From positions 1-64,000 of IMG/VR virus record IMGVR_UViG_3300030329_004647: a stretch of 64,000 nucleotides of DNA, one strand, 5' to 3'. Below are positions 37,770 to 48,800 of the stretch, one piece after another. Below the pieces are notes generated by a model. The model saw only the letters and a program-made list of their open reading frames with translations, ran no database searches and was not told where the DNA came from. The translations under genes were made by a program, and so were the position numbers. The first letter of the stretch is position 1. Every line of letters starts with the position of its first letter.

Positions 37770-38336
37770 ATGGGGTTAGATATTTCAGCAGTTTCAAAAT
37801 TACAACCAGTAGATTTACCAGAAGGCATAGAACTATGGAGTGATGAGTATTATGATTGGGAGGATAAACAACCTAGTAGTGTATGGAATCTTCATCCTCA
37901 TACCTATTTTGAGGAACAATTCCAAGGTCTAGAAGAAGGGCCACATATTTTTTTAGGTCCTACTTATACTCATAGAGCAGGTTCTTATTCAGGTTACAAT
38001 CAATGGAGAGATTGGTTAGCACAAGCAGCTTACGGAAAACGTATAGAGGATGTGTGGAACGATATAGATTCTAGTGGTTATGGTGGTCCATTTGCTGAAC
38101 TAATTAACTTTCCTGATAATGAAGGTACTATAGGTCCTGTAGCATCTGAAAAACTTTACCGTGACTTTGTTATGTTAGAAGATGATATAATGGATGAGGT
38201 GGATTCATGGTATCTAAAACAACATCCCACAAATACAATAGGTCTAGAGGATTTTAAGTGGTTCCAGTCAAAATACAAAGATTGGAAAGAAACATTCAAA
38301 ATAGCATCTGATGATGGTGCTGTATTTTTTCATTAA
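37770..38336 (+). CDS. hypothetical acidic protein (start moved to MGLDIS)
   Basis: ORF after promoter motif. Confidence 0.7.
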   Translation: MGLDISAVSKLQPVDLPEGIELWSDEYYDWEDKQPSSVWNLHPHTYFEEQFQGLEEGPHIFLGPTYTHRAGSYSGYNQWRDWLAQAAYGKRIEDVWNDIDSSGYGGPFAELINFPDNEGTIGPVASEKLYRDFVMLEDDIMDEVDSWYLKQHPTNTIGLEDFKWFQSKYKDWKETFKIASDDGAVFFH

Positions 38337-38396
38337 AAACTTTTATTAAGTATTGGAATATTAACATACTTTTTTTATGTTTATTAAAAAACATAA

Positions 38397-39119
38397 ATGA
38401 AAGAAGTTTGTATATTAGGAGACGGCCAATTAGGAAAAGAAATACAAGAACAAACAGGATGGAAATGTATTTCTCGTAAAAAAGATGGTTTTGACATAAC
38501 CAAACCCGAAGAATGGGATAAACATTTATTAAAAGTAGAGTTTGGTGCAATCCAACATTGTCCTTATAGTGTTATTGTAAATTGTATAGCAGATACAGAT
38601 ACATACTCAAATAAGAGAGATTCCCATTGGAATATAAATTATAAAGGAGTTGATGACTTAGTAGAATTTTGTAATAAATGGAAAATTAAATTAATACACA
38701 TATCTACTGATTATCTTTATGGTGGAGGTCTACCCAATAAAACAGAAAATGAGGTCCCATCTCATTGTGAAAACTGGTATAGTTATACTAAATTATTGGG
38801 AGACGCTCACGTACAACTAAAATCTAAAAATTATTTAGTAATACGATGTTCTTTTAAACCTTCCCCTTTTCCTTTTGAAAAAGCTTTTAATGATGTAACT
38901 GGAAACTTTGACTATACCGATAAAATTGCTAAATTAATTATTAAACTTATAACTAATAAAGCAACAGGAATATTTAATGTTGGTACAGAAGCTAAAACAT
39001 TATATGAATTGGCTATTAAAACTAATCCAAAAGTCCTCCCAACCACTAGGAGAGGAACACCTTTCCCTAATTCCGTGTTAATGAACATATCAAAAATGAA
39101 AAATTTCTTGAAAATTTAG
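38397..39119 (+). CDS. rmlD: dTDP-4-dehydrorhamnose reductase-like SDR
   Basis: ILGDGQLGKEI, IVNCIA, KLIHISTDYLY, YSYTK (YxxxK), YLVIR. Confidence 0.8.
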   Translation: MKEVCILGDGQLGKEIQEQTGWKCISRKKDGFDITKPEEWDKHLLKVEFGAIQHCPYSVIVNCIADTDTYSNKRDSHWNINYKGVDDLVEFCNKWKIKLIHISTDYLYGGGLPNKTENEVPSHCENWYSYTKLLGDAHVQLKSKNYLVIRCSFKPSPFPFEKAFNDVTGNFDYTDKIAKLIIKLITNKATGIFNVGTEAKTLYELAIKTNPKVLPTTRRGTPFPNSVLMNISKMKNFLKI

Positions 39120-39160
39120 TTTTTTTTTATTAAATTGTATTATATAAAATAGTATAAAGT

Positions 39161-39535
39161 ATGCAAGGAAAAACTAACAAACAAAAAGAAGACGCGATGA
39201 GAGGATTCGTGATAGGAATATTTGGAATTATAGTGGTTCTTATTTTTTTATCTTTTAAAAATGAATTCACTAAAATGAAACAACAAAAAATAAATGAACT
39301 AAATAAAAGTGGGGTATATACTACACACTTAGATTCTATTTTTAAAAAAGATAGTTTAAGATTAGATAGTTTATCGTTAAAGTTAGATAAACTTAATAAA
39401 ACTCTGGATAGTTTAGATTTAATTTTTCCAGACACTGTAGATACTTTAGAAGTTGATAATTGGAACCAAGGTGATTGTCCTGGTGATGAGTACAAAATGT
39501 GGATAGGTGAAAATGGAGATACTATATGGGAATAA
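39161..39535 (+). CDS. membrane-anchored hypothetical protein
   Basis: N-terminal TM helix. Confidence 0.65.
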   Translation: MQGKTNKQKEDAMRGFVIGIFGIIVVLIFLSFKNEFTKMKQQKINELNKSGVYTTHLDSIFKKDSLRLDSLSLKLDKLNKTLDSLDLIFPDTVDTLEVDNWNQGDCPGDEYKMWIGENGDTIWE

Positions 39536-39619
39536 TGATAGGAATTGGATTTGTAATACTACTAATATATGGTTATAAAACTGGATTTAGTGATGGACAA
39601 GAATAAAATAAAATAAAAA

Positions 39620-39829
39620 ATGGGACAATGGGAAGATTTTTGGTGGGAAACTCACTATGAATTAGAAAAACTGGGATTAAAAAAAGAATTTGATGCACAG
39701 TTAGAAAAAATGAACTACCAAGACAAACATAAATATAAAGATGCTAGAGCGAGATGGAGTTACGCTTTAGATAAAATAAAAAAATTAAATGATAAAAAAG
39801 AAACAAAAAATGTTCAGGAAGAAAAGTAA
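39620..39829 (+). CDS. hypothetical protein
   Basis: ORF. Confidence 0.6.
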   Translation: MGQWEDFWWETHYELEKLGLKKEFDAQLEKMNYQDKHKYKDARARWSYALDKIKKLNDKKETKNVQEEK

Positions 39830-40193
39830 ATATGATAGAAGAAGAGCTTTAGATTGTAAGTTAGTAGAAAAAAGTAAAAAAAATGCTGGTTATTACAAAT
39901 ATATGGTTACTATCGGAGAGAAAGACGGAACAACACATAAACAACCAGCCTACGGGAGGGATATGCAAGACGCGTTATCTAGGCTAATTAATACGGAAAG
40001 AACAGTTAAGGTTGAAAAGAAATTAGAAACTAATATGTTTTGGGTGTTCTTAATATGGGTAATCGTTATGGGTTGGCCCGCAGTAGTTGCAGACCATCAA
40101 ACCCCTTGGTTTTTAGCTTATTCATTTGCATCAGTACTTTTGATGTTTATTGGAGCAGCTGCGTGGTATAATTATTTAAGTAAAAATAAATAA
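39789..40193 (+). CDS. membrane protein with two C-terminal TM helices
   Basis: PAYGRDMQDAL, then 2 TM. Confidence 0.65.
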   Translation: MIKKKQKMFRKKSKYDRRRALDCKLVEKSKKNAGYYKYMVTIGEKDGTTHKQPAYGRDMQDALSRLINTERTVKVEKKLETNMFWVFLIWVIVMGWPAVVADHQTPWFLAYSFASVLLMFIGAAAWYNYLSKNK

Positions 40194-40195
40194 AA

Positions 40196-40420
40196 ATGGA
40201 TTTAGGACAACAAACACAAATATCAATTGATATGGATAAAACCACACCTTACGTATGTGAAAAATGTGGAGGTGAGTTTTTTGAAGAAATTATTTGTATG
40301 AGAAAAGTATCTAAACTTCTAAGTGGGTCATTAGACGACAGTCTAATACCAATGAAAACATATAGATGTTCAGAATGTAAACATATAAATGAAGATTTTA
40401 AATTAGATAAAACAAAGTAA
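40196..40420 (+). CDS. Zn-ribbon protein
   Basis: CEKC...CSEC. Confidence 0.7.
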   Translation: MDLGQQTQISIDMDKTTPYVCEKCGGEFFEEIICMRKVSKLLSGSLDDSLIPMKTYRCSECKHINEDFKLDKTK

Positions 40421-40490
40421 AATGATTTGGTACACGACAACAACATGGGGAGATTATGAAGTAGTCTACCAATATATAGAAGATTAAAGT

Positions 40491-40697
40491 ATGGGATTTC
40501 ATAAACGTTATATAGATAACAATCAGATTATAGAAATGTATAAAGTAGGAGGTATAGAGAAAGTGTACGATTGGTACACTAAAGGAGTTGATGCAATAAT
40601 TACAGAAACGGGATTAGCTTCAGACATTAGTGACTTGATTGGACATAAAGACGATAAAGATAAAATAGATACACTAATAACAAATTCAAAATCATGA
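40491..40697 (+). CDS. hypothetical protein
   Basis: ORF starting MGFHKRYI. Confidence 0.6.
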   Translation: MGFHKRYIDNNQIIEMYKVGGIEKVYDWYTKGVDAIITETGLASDISDLIGHKDDKDKIDTLITNSKS

Positions 40698-40948
40698 AAG
40701 AAAGAGAAAGATTCTATATTGTAATTAAATGGCACTACAACCCAACAACAAATGAAGTTGGGAAGAAAAAGAACTTACCCGTATTAATGTTTGATTCCAA
40801 TGGTGACCCGTTAGAATTTAATTCTTTGGATTCAGCGAATGAATTTTTAGAAATAATGAACATAAACACCAACCAAGGATTTAGATATGAAGTTAGAGAA
40901 ATAGGTAGGCGTTTTACCGAAATAAAAACCACACAACACGACACTTAA
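40694..40948 (+). CDS. hypothetical protein
   Basis: ORF with ATGA overlap. Confidence 0.6.
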   Translation: MKERERFYIVIKWHYNPTTNEVGKKKNLPVLMFDSNGDPLEFNSLDSANEFLEIMNINTNQGFRYEVREIGRRFTEIKTTQHDT

Positions 40949-41040
40949 ATAATGAGAAAGTTTTTTAGAAATATAAAAGCGTGGTGGATAAAATTTAAAA
41001 GAAAACACATAATAAGAAGAGCACCAGATAATTGGGATAT

Positions 41041-41421
41041 ATGAAAACAATAATTTGCGATATTGACGGTACATTAGTTACCTATAAAAAAGATACATTA
41101 GGGATTGTAAAGACACCCCATGATGTATTACCTGGAGTTATAAAACACATGAATAGATGGGAAAATGAAGGGTGTAAAATAATTTTAATGACAGGAAGAA
41201 GAGAAAATCTTAGAAAAATAACAGAGGAAGAGCTGACAAAATTAGGCATACCATTTGACCAATTAATTATGGGATGTGCAGATTCGGGAAGGGTTCTAAT
41301 AAATGACGAAGGAAGTAAAGTAAAGGCACATGCAGTTTCACTTCCTAGAGATAAAGGGTTTAATGATTACGACTGGAGAGAGGTAGGTCTTACAAAATTA
41401 AAATTAAGAAAAAACAATTAA
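41041..41421 (+). CDS. HAD-family phosphatase (cap-less, Pnkp-phosphatase-like)
   Basis: IICDIDGTL, LMTGR, FDQLIMG, VLIND. Confidence 0.85.
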   Translation: MKTIICDIDGTLVTYKKDTLGIVKTPHDVLPGVIKHMNRWENEGCKIILMTGRRENLRKITEEELTKLGIPFDQLIMGCADSGRVLINDEGSKVKAHAVSLPRDKGFNDYDWREVGLTKLKLRKNN

Positions 41422-41424
41422 TTA

Positions 41425-41649
41425 ATGTCAATAAGGAGGTATAATAGAATATACGATTTCGTAATTAAAAACGAGGATGAAAGATATAAGATAGCTACAG
41501 AATGGTGTAACCCCAAAGAATTGCCTCCGTATATATTATTAGATAAATTAATTAAACACTTTGAATCTTTAAACCAATATGAAAAGTGTTCTACACTATT
41601 AAAAATTAAATGTTGGCGTGCAAAACAAGATAAAAAATACAATTTATAG
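41425..41649 (+). CDS. hypothetical protein
   Basis: C-terminus resembles 25294. Confidence 0.55.
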   Translation: MSIRRYNRIYDFVIKNEDERYKIATEWCNPKELPPYILLDKLIKHFESLNQYEKCSTLLKIKCWRAKQDKKYNL

Positions 41650-41845
41650 ATACCTAGATAACAACCTTTTACCTAGTTTGTTAGAAAGACCTACAGACTT
41701 TTCTTATCACTTATCTCTTTTCACAATAAACAACCAAAAATCATTTTTAAGAAAATGGGCGTCCACCCATAACTTGTTACTACACTTTGATATTAAAGGA
41801 AAAATCACTTGGTTAGATAAAACTGGTTCCTCACTTCTGATGTGA
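41618..41845 (+). CDS. hypothetical protein
   Basis: ORF. Confidence 0.45.
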   Translation: MQNKIKNTIYRYLDNNLLPSLLERPTDFSYHLSLFTINNQKSFLRKWASTHNLLLHFDIKGKITWLDKTGSSLLM

Positions 41846-41848
41846 TGA

Positions 41849-41856
41849 TATTTATT
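41849..41856 (+). promoter_or_regulatory. TATTTATT motif (putative late promoter)
   Basis: 5 nt before ATG 41862. Confidence 0.45.
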
Positions 41857-41861
41857 TGTAT

Positions 41862-44800
41862 ATGAAATCCAAAACTACATACTATACAGACGACTGGAAG
41901 GAGAAACTCGTAGATGACTTCTATACTGAATATTACCCCAAACCAAGACTAGAACAATCTATTTTTAAGTATTTAGATAATTTATATTATATAAGTGAGG
42001 ACGAAATATTTGGTACTATCTATAGAAAATCTGACGATTACTTTATGGGTAAAACTCAAATCACCGATGATTTACAAAATTTATTTGGTTTAACCTTACC
42101 TAATCTTTTAAAGATAGGTCCAGGGGAAGATGATTATATTGAACCCGCTAGAAATCCAATCCCTAGAAGGGTTTTAAATAATTGGATGAAAAGTAAACGA
42201 AATACAGAAAGACTTCAGAAAGAATCAATAGTAAAAGATAGTATTGTTTGTGATAATTGTGGATGGAACTGGAAAATAAAAGATGGTGGTGATGATTTAT
42301 ATATTTGTCACAAATGTAATCATAATAACACCCCTTTAAATGAACATAAAGAATCTAAAATAAATCCACAGTTAATGATAGGTGATGAAATCACTGTAGT
42401 TGATGTTGATGAAAGTTTTGGTACACTCCATACACCAGAACGATATAAAGATTATGTGGTTATAGGTAGACGACACAGACAACCAGAAAATTGGGAAGGA
42501 CCCGATGCGGATACTAGTTATTATGTGATAGAACCATTAAGTGGTTATAGTGATAAGGAAACATTAGGTCGTATGTTATCTGGTGGTGGAAGAAAAAGAG
42601 AAGAACAACTCCACCCAACAGATAAATGGATGTTAAGAAAAGGATTTTTAAGAGGAGAACATTTAACTGAACAAAAATCACTAAAAAATAATTTACTTAA
42701 TGTAGAATTAGAAGAAGGTGATAAAATACTTGTAGTGAGTAGAAAGGAGACACCAGCAGGATATAGAGAACCCTTACCAGACCACGACGTAGAGTTATTC
42801 ACCACCTATGTGGTTATAGAGAAAAGATATAGTGGGCATAAAGCAAAACACCCTTACCATTATTTCTTATTACCAGAGGAACAGTATGAGATTTTTATAA
42901 ACGACCCATATGATGATAGTGTAGATAAATCGGTAAAATCATTATTCCCTTGGATACACGATTGGATTTTAGATAATGAAGATATAATGACTGAACATAA
43001 AGAATCAAAAATTAATCCTGAGTTAGAAGTAGATGACATCATAAGAATAATTGATGTTGATGGGGAACATGATAGAAAACCAGAAAAATTTAAGTTATAT
43101 AGAGTAGCGTATAAGGGAAATAAACCAATTGGACATGGGTACTCGTGGGAAACAGAACCTAGAATATGGTATGATATAGTACCAACAGACCTTGACTACG
43201 ATACAGTAAGAACTTTTGATTCAAGGGGCACACCAATGTATCACAGTAAAAGTTTATATCCTGGAGATACATGGATTAAAATGGATGAAGTTATTAGTGA
43301 ACAGAGTGCTGATAGTCCAGGTGACAACATAAGTGATGATGATGAAGAATACGTAGACAATACACCGTTTACCAAAAAAGAAATTTTAATCTTAAATCAA
43401 TTACACAAAAAATTAACTAAAGATGAATTACACTCTCTTGTTATTGATACACCAGGAAAAGGAAGTTCGGATTACTACCAACACCAAGCTAAGTTTTGGG
43501 AAGTTATGAAATTATTTGGGATGGATTATAAAAATGACGCTCCCTACCAGACTAGAATTTCACAGTACGCTAAATGGGCATTAGACAATTGGACTCCAGA
43601 AGGTGATTATGGAAAGATTGGAAATCCCCTAAAAGTACCACTTAAATGGTACAATGTATCGAGAGAGGAAACAGGTACTCAAGTAGAGTATAAATCTGGT
43701 GAGGCAGAGGTACTAGGGTTTGATTATGATAATGCAGAAGAGAGAGCTAATAATGAATTTTGGGAATGGGGTGGAGAAATGGAACCATTTGATTATGGAG
43801 ACTATGAGGCACACGATAGTGAAATTACAGGTATTGACTTTGTTAGATTGGATGAAGCGAAAAGAATAGTGAAGGTGTTAAATGAACAAGATGAATCAGG
43901 TTTAGAAAGACAAATAATTCAAGCGGAAACTGAAGACTTCCAAGAACTTATGTATGAGGTTTTGAGAAGAGTTAGACAGATTCCGTTGGATAAAACAGTA
44001 TCACCTAGAAGAATTAAAGAAATTTTAAGTGATGACGGAGTAAGTTTCGACCTCTATCAAGGAGCAGACCTTAATGAGGAAATACATAGAGAATACAATA
44101 GAGTAAGATTTTATGAATATAGTCAACAACTTTTAAAAGCTGCACATTCAAAAGGAGTAAGAGGTCACTATTTTGAAGGTTTATTAGCAGGATTATTTAA
44201 TGGTGAAGTTGTTAGTCCGATGGAAGGGGAAATGACCGACCCAAAAGAAGATGTCCTTATTAATGGTATTAACTACTCAGCTAAATTGGTACGTGCTCAA
44301 GATAAAAAATGGGGAACATCCAGTTTACTAGGGGGATTTAAAAAAGCAATAATTCAAAGACTAGTGGATAGAGACATCGAAGTACCTGATGAATTATTGA
44401 AACGAAAGTTAGAGGTTAAAACTCTTAATGAGTTAGTAGTTTTATTTCCCGAAGGAGACCCAGATAGAGAGTCTTTTCAAGTTAGACATATGGAATTGTT
44501 TTTAAAAGATTCATCTGTAGACAGAAAGTATAAAGAGATAACAATGAACTATGCTTTTACCAGTAAATCAGAAGAGGAAATAGGTATAGAATTACATTGG
44601 ATTTTTGGATTAATATGGGGTACCAATGAGACTTTTGAAGGAGAAGAATTACCTACTACTAATTTAAAATATTATTTAATGGATACTCCTAGTTTAATAG
44701 ATGGAATACTCGATGGTGATATTCATTTTACAAAAGGTAGAAACATTAGGGAAATTAGAATATCGGAAAAAAGCATGATAGACTCAAATGGGGCTAGTGA

Positions 44801-45815
44801 ACACTCAATCATATTTCCAGTGATTACAAGACAAGACCTTAAAAATTTATTATATGACGAAAAGTCAGAAGAAATGGTTTATAAGGTAATGGGTATATTT
44901 AAAGACTTCAGACCAGGTACTGAAAAATATATGCATCATAAAATAGCTGATGTAATCGCTGATAATCCACAAGAGTTTATTAAAAGGTTACAAGATTTAT
45001 TTCCAGAAAAGAAAATCACAAAAGAAACTTTTTCCAGAATTATAGAAAATATAGATACTACAGAAATAAAATATGCTATAGACCAACAATATAGAACTGA
45101 ACCTGATTTAAAATCTGATATTATACAATCAATACTTGGAGACGAAGAAACAACTGAGGATACTTTTTATTTAAACCCACAAGGTGTAGAATTAAACGTA
45201 CCACCAATCAAAATAGCACAAAAGGTTAGTGATATTAATGATTATGGTGAGATTAATTTTGAAATGCAGGGTGGAAACGGTATCGCTTATTTTACAGATA
45301 AAGACTTAGTAATAAAACTTACAACTGATGAATCTGAATATCACACAGCGACTAAACTACTAGGAACAGAAAATAAACATATTGCTAATGTGTTAGAAAG
45401 TGCAAAAATTAACACTTCACATATAAAAGGTGACCTTTTTATGATAGTAACAGAAGCTTTACATATGACCAAAGAGATGGAAGAAATATGGCACAAATGC
45501 TGTTGTTCAGAAACAGACCCAATTTATATAGATTATACTCAAGAACCAGCTAGACCTATATCACCAGTATCAGAACATGCAATATGTCAACCTATATATG
45601 ATAATATTATATCAATAATTAGTGATTTAACGTCACATGGAATAACTTGGAGTGATATTGGGATAGATAATCTAGGTATTAAAAATGGAAAACTAGCCTT
45701 AATAGACTTAGGAGATAGTCAAGGTGGGTCACTTAAAGGTAAAATACTAACATTAGAAAGGAGAAATGATTTAATACAAAGAGAACTTTTATATGAAGAT
45801 GTATTCCCTAACTAA
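41862..45815 (+). CDS. polyprotein 1: Zn ribbon, 3 SH3-like repeats, acidic domain, nuclease-like and protein-kinase-like domains
   Basis: modules delimited by LNE|H, LTE|Q, MTE|H, ISE|Q, LNE|Q, IIE|N; kinase motifs GGNGIAY, VIK, DIGIDN, IDLG. Confidence 0.8.
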   Translation: MKSKTTYYTDDWKEKLVDDFYTEYYPKPRLEQSIFKYLDNLYYISEDEIFGTIYRKSDDYFMGKTQITDDLQNLFGLTLPNLLKIGPGEDDYIEPARNPIPRRVLNNWMKSKRNTERLQKESIVKDSIVCDNCGWNWKIKDGGDDLYICHKCNHNNTPLNEHKESKINPQLMIGDEITVVDVDESFGTLHTPERYKDYVVIGRRHRQPENWEGPDADTSYYVIEPLSGYSDKETLGRMLSGGGRKREEQLHPTDKWMLRKGFLRGEHLTEQKSLKNNLLNVELEEGDKILVVSRKETPAGYREPLPDHDVELFTTYVVIEKRYSGHKAKHPYHYFLLPEEQYEIFINDPYDDSVDKSVKSLFPWIHDWILDNEDIMTEHKESKINPELEVDDIIRIIDVDGEHDRKPEKFKLYRVAYKGNKPIGHGYSWETEPRIWYDIVPTDLDYDTVRTFDSRGTPMYHSKSLYPGDTWIKMDEVISEQSADSPGDNISDDDEEYVDNTPFTKKEILILNQLHKKLTKDELHSLVIDTPGKGSSDYYQHQAKFWEVMKLFGMDYKNDAPYQTRISQYAKWALDNWTPEGDYGKIGNPLKVPLKWYNVSREETGTQVEYKSGEAEVLGFDYDNAEERANNEFWEWGGEMEPFDYGDYEAHDSEITGIDFVRLDEAKRIVKVLNEQDESGLERQIIQAETEDFQELMYEVLRRVRQIPLDKTVSPRRIKEILSDDGVSFDLYQGADLNEEIHREYNRVRFYEYSQQLLKAAHSKGVRGHYFEGLLAGLFNGEVVSPMEGEMTDPKEDVLINGINYSAKLVRAQDKKWGTSSLLGGFKKAIIQRLVDRDIEVPDELLKRKLEVKTLNELVVLFPEGDPDRESFQVRHMELFLKDSSVDRKYKEITMNYAFTSKSEEEIGIELHWIFGLIWGTNETFEGEELPTTNLKYYLMDTPSLIDGILDGDIHFTKGRNIREIRISEKSMIDSNGASEHSIIFPVITRQDLKNLLYDEKSEEMVYKVMGIFKDFRPGTEKYMHHKIADVIADNPQEFIKRLQDLFPEKKITKETFSRIIENIDTTEIKYAIDQQYRTEPDLKSDIIQSILGDEETTEDTFYLNPQGVELNVPPIKIAQKVSDINDYGEINFEMQGGNGIAYFTDKDLVIKLTTDESEYHTATKLLGTENKHIANVLESAKINTSHIKGDLFMIVTEALHMTKEMEEIWHKCCCSETDPIYIDYTQEPARPISPVSEHAICQPIYDNIISIISDLTSHGITWSDIGIDNLGIKNGKLALIDLGDSQGGSLKGKILTLERRNDLIQRELLYEDVFPN

Positions 45816-45820
45816 GTATT

Positions 45821-45828
45821 TATTTATA
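45821..45828 (+). promoter_or_regulatory. TATTTATA motif (putative late promoter)
   Basis: tandem TATTTATTTATA before ATG 45839. Confidence 0.5.
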
Positions 45829-45838
45829 TATCAAATAT

Positions 45839-48800
45839 ATGGCCAATACTACATTACATAAAAACAAAATATCTAGAGAAGACCTATTAAGCTTCTACAA
45901 TACCCCAATACCACAGATAGGGGACAGAATACAAATTTTAGAAACCACTAACGTTGTTGAATCAGGTGAGGTTTTTAATGTTAAAGGTGTACACAGAACA
46001 TCCCAAGGTGTCTTTATAAAATTACAAGAAATTAAAGATAGGTTACCTTTATATTTACATGATGAAGAGACGGTAGAAAATACAACTAAAATTCGTATAT
46101 TAAATCCAAAAAATTTCAACAGCCCTCCACAGTCTTTACTAGAAAAAGGTGATTTTATAATGGTAGAAAATACCCCTTCACCTTTATATGTACTTAAACA
46201 AGACAACCATATTGTAGAAACATTAAGTTTACATCCACTAGGTTTGGATATTAAGAAGATAAATTTAAATGAAAGAAAACATAAATTGTTAAAAGAAAAT
46301 GAGGAAAAGACAACTAAATCTAAAATTTATGACAACCCTGAAGTAAAGGTTGATGACAAAGTACAAATTTTACATGTTCACCATCCTAATAGTTTTAATA
46401 AAAAGTATATTGGTGAAACAGGTATAGTAAAAAGAATTAGTCAGAATGAAAGTGAAGTTCACATAGCGGTAGATTTTGGAGAAGATGATTATAGAAGAAT
46501 AGGTAGTGATGTTGTATACCCTATGTTTAAGATAAAAGGAAAGGTACTAGGTGATTTATACCTACGTGACGGTTCCCCTGAACAAGTTTGGGTAGATAGG
46601 GATTTAGTTAGAATAGTACCAGAACCCATCGTTGAACAAAAAGAAAAAGAAGTAAGTCCTGACCTCCAACTAGGAGATAGAATAATGACTTGGGACATAA
46701 CACCAGACGATACACCACCAGGAGGTCTACGTGCTGAAGATGACTGGGAACCACCCAGTACTTTCATAGCTACAGTAATATCGGTATGTGAAGATTGTTA
46801 TAACCCAAAATATGAAAATGGAATAAAGTATGTGGTAAGGATTGATGATACTGGTGAAGAGGTCGGTCTATATGGGGGTGAAATAGTAGAGGACCAGATG
46901 TCAACTAAATTTTCTACAGAATATACCCCAATAACTTATGAAGGTAGAGATAAGTGGATAAAATTACCTAAGTTAGATATTACAGAAGAATCAGATATAT
47001 TTGGACAAGGATTAATGGACCCTATTGAACCTGAGGAGTTTGAGGGTACGGATAAAGATTGGGAAGAGTTAATTAGTGGTATAGAAGAACCAGCAGATGA
47101 ACCTGAATATGAATATGAAGGAGGTAAAACCGACCCAGAAAAAGGGTTTGTTGCCCCATCTAAAGAAGTTACAGATAATATATGTAAAGTTAAAGGATTT
47201 TGTGAAGCTCAAGGACCTATTACATTTGGTCAACTAAAAGAATTAGTTGAAGAAGCAACATCCAAAAGAATCCAAGCAGATATGGGAAGAGGAGCATTCA
47301 AGACTCTATGGAGAATTGTTCCATTCTTTGTCCCTCAAATACTATTACCAGCTATCGGTGTTACAATAACAAGAGCCATCAACAAATTAGTTACTCCAGC
47401 TTTAAAAGATACAAGAGGGTATAAAGAATGGTGGGGAAAAGTTGTATTAAAAGCTATGGATATTGCAGAAGGAGATTACATCCCTGACCTTGCTATGGGT
47501 GATGACCCTATAAGTAAAGTATTCTTTATTTCTGATGGTTTACTACAAATGATTAAAGATAAATACAAACTTAAATTTGCGAGATATGTTGCAGATGTTG
47601 CAGCATCCAAACCAGATGATGAACCAGTTCCAGATTGGTTCGTGGATAATTTACTAAGAGATTACTTAAATCAAAAATTCTTATTAGACCCACCATTACC
47701 CATAAGACAATCAACGAATGATTTAGAAGGAATAGAATTGGAGGAAGATTTAAGAAATTGGGGATATAAAGATGGTAAAATAGGACCACTTAAAGAACAG
47801 ACAGAAGTAGAAGTTGTGGATGATAATATAGGGGGTTTAGATAAGGCAGGTGGTTATGTAGAAAATAGAAAATTTACACCCAAAGAATGTAAAATATTAA
47901 AACTACTATCTAATAGATTTGAGTTTGATGAGTTGCAGAAATTAGTAAATGTAGATTCACATGCATTATCTGGTGAATTCCAGAATAAATGGGGAGACAC
48001 CATGAAATTAATTGGAGAACCTCTTGGTTCAAATGAAACATGGGGTAAATCACTTAGATGGGCATCTTGGATTATTGATAATTACGACTATGTGAGTAGT
48101 ACAGGTGATGGGTTTTGTGATATAGAGAAACCCTTAATAAGATATCCATCTATGTACGAAGTACGGGGAGATGATTCAGGATGGGAAAGAATATATAGAA
48201 GTGGTTATATTGAGGTTCCTGCTTTTGATGAGGATGATGCTTACGATAAAGCTGACAACCATTGGTTTGATTACGAACCAGAGATGGAAACCTCTGATTA
48301 TGGTGATTATGAATCCGATGATGATTTAGAATTAGCGGAACCAGAACACATTAAGACTTTAAAAGAACAACAACTACCATTTAATTCAGACAATAAAAAT
48401 ATAGAAAGAGACCATCCTAAAGGTGAACCTGATTGGTCTATTAGAAGAGGTAGACAACATTATGCTATGAATGTTAAGGATACTAAAAGTGAACCAGTAA
48501 CAGCACTTAATAATTATCTAGTTAAAAACTCACCATTTAACTTTTTAGGTTTTGATTATTATCTAACCGCAGTTCCAGGTAGAATGCCAAACCAAGCTAA
48601 TGTAGATATATTTGTACCTATGTTGGATACAGGATATAATGCTGATAAATTATGGACTACAAGATTTTCACCAGTGGTTAATTTAGATATACATGATGAT
48701 GAGGGTCCATACTTAGAATCTACAATTGAATTTCTCCACCAAATTAGAGCAGATGAAAAATGGCCAGAATATTATATGTATGATGAGGTTAGAGATAAAT

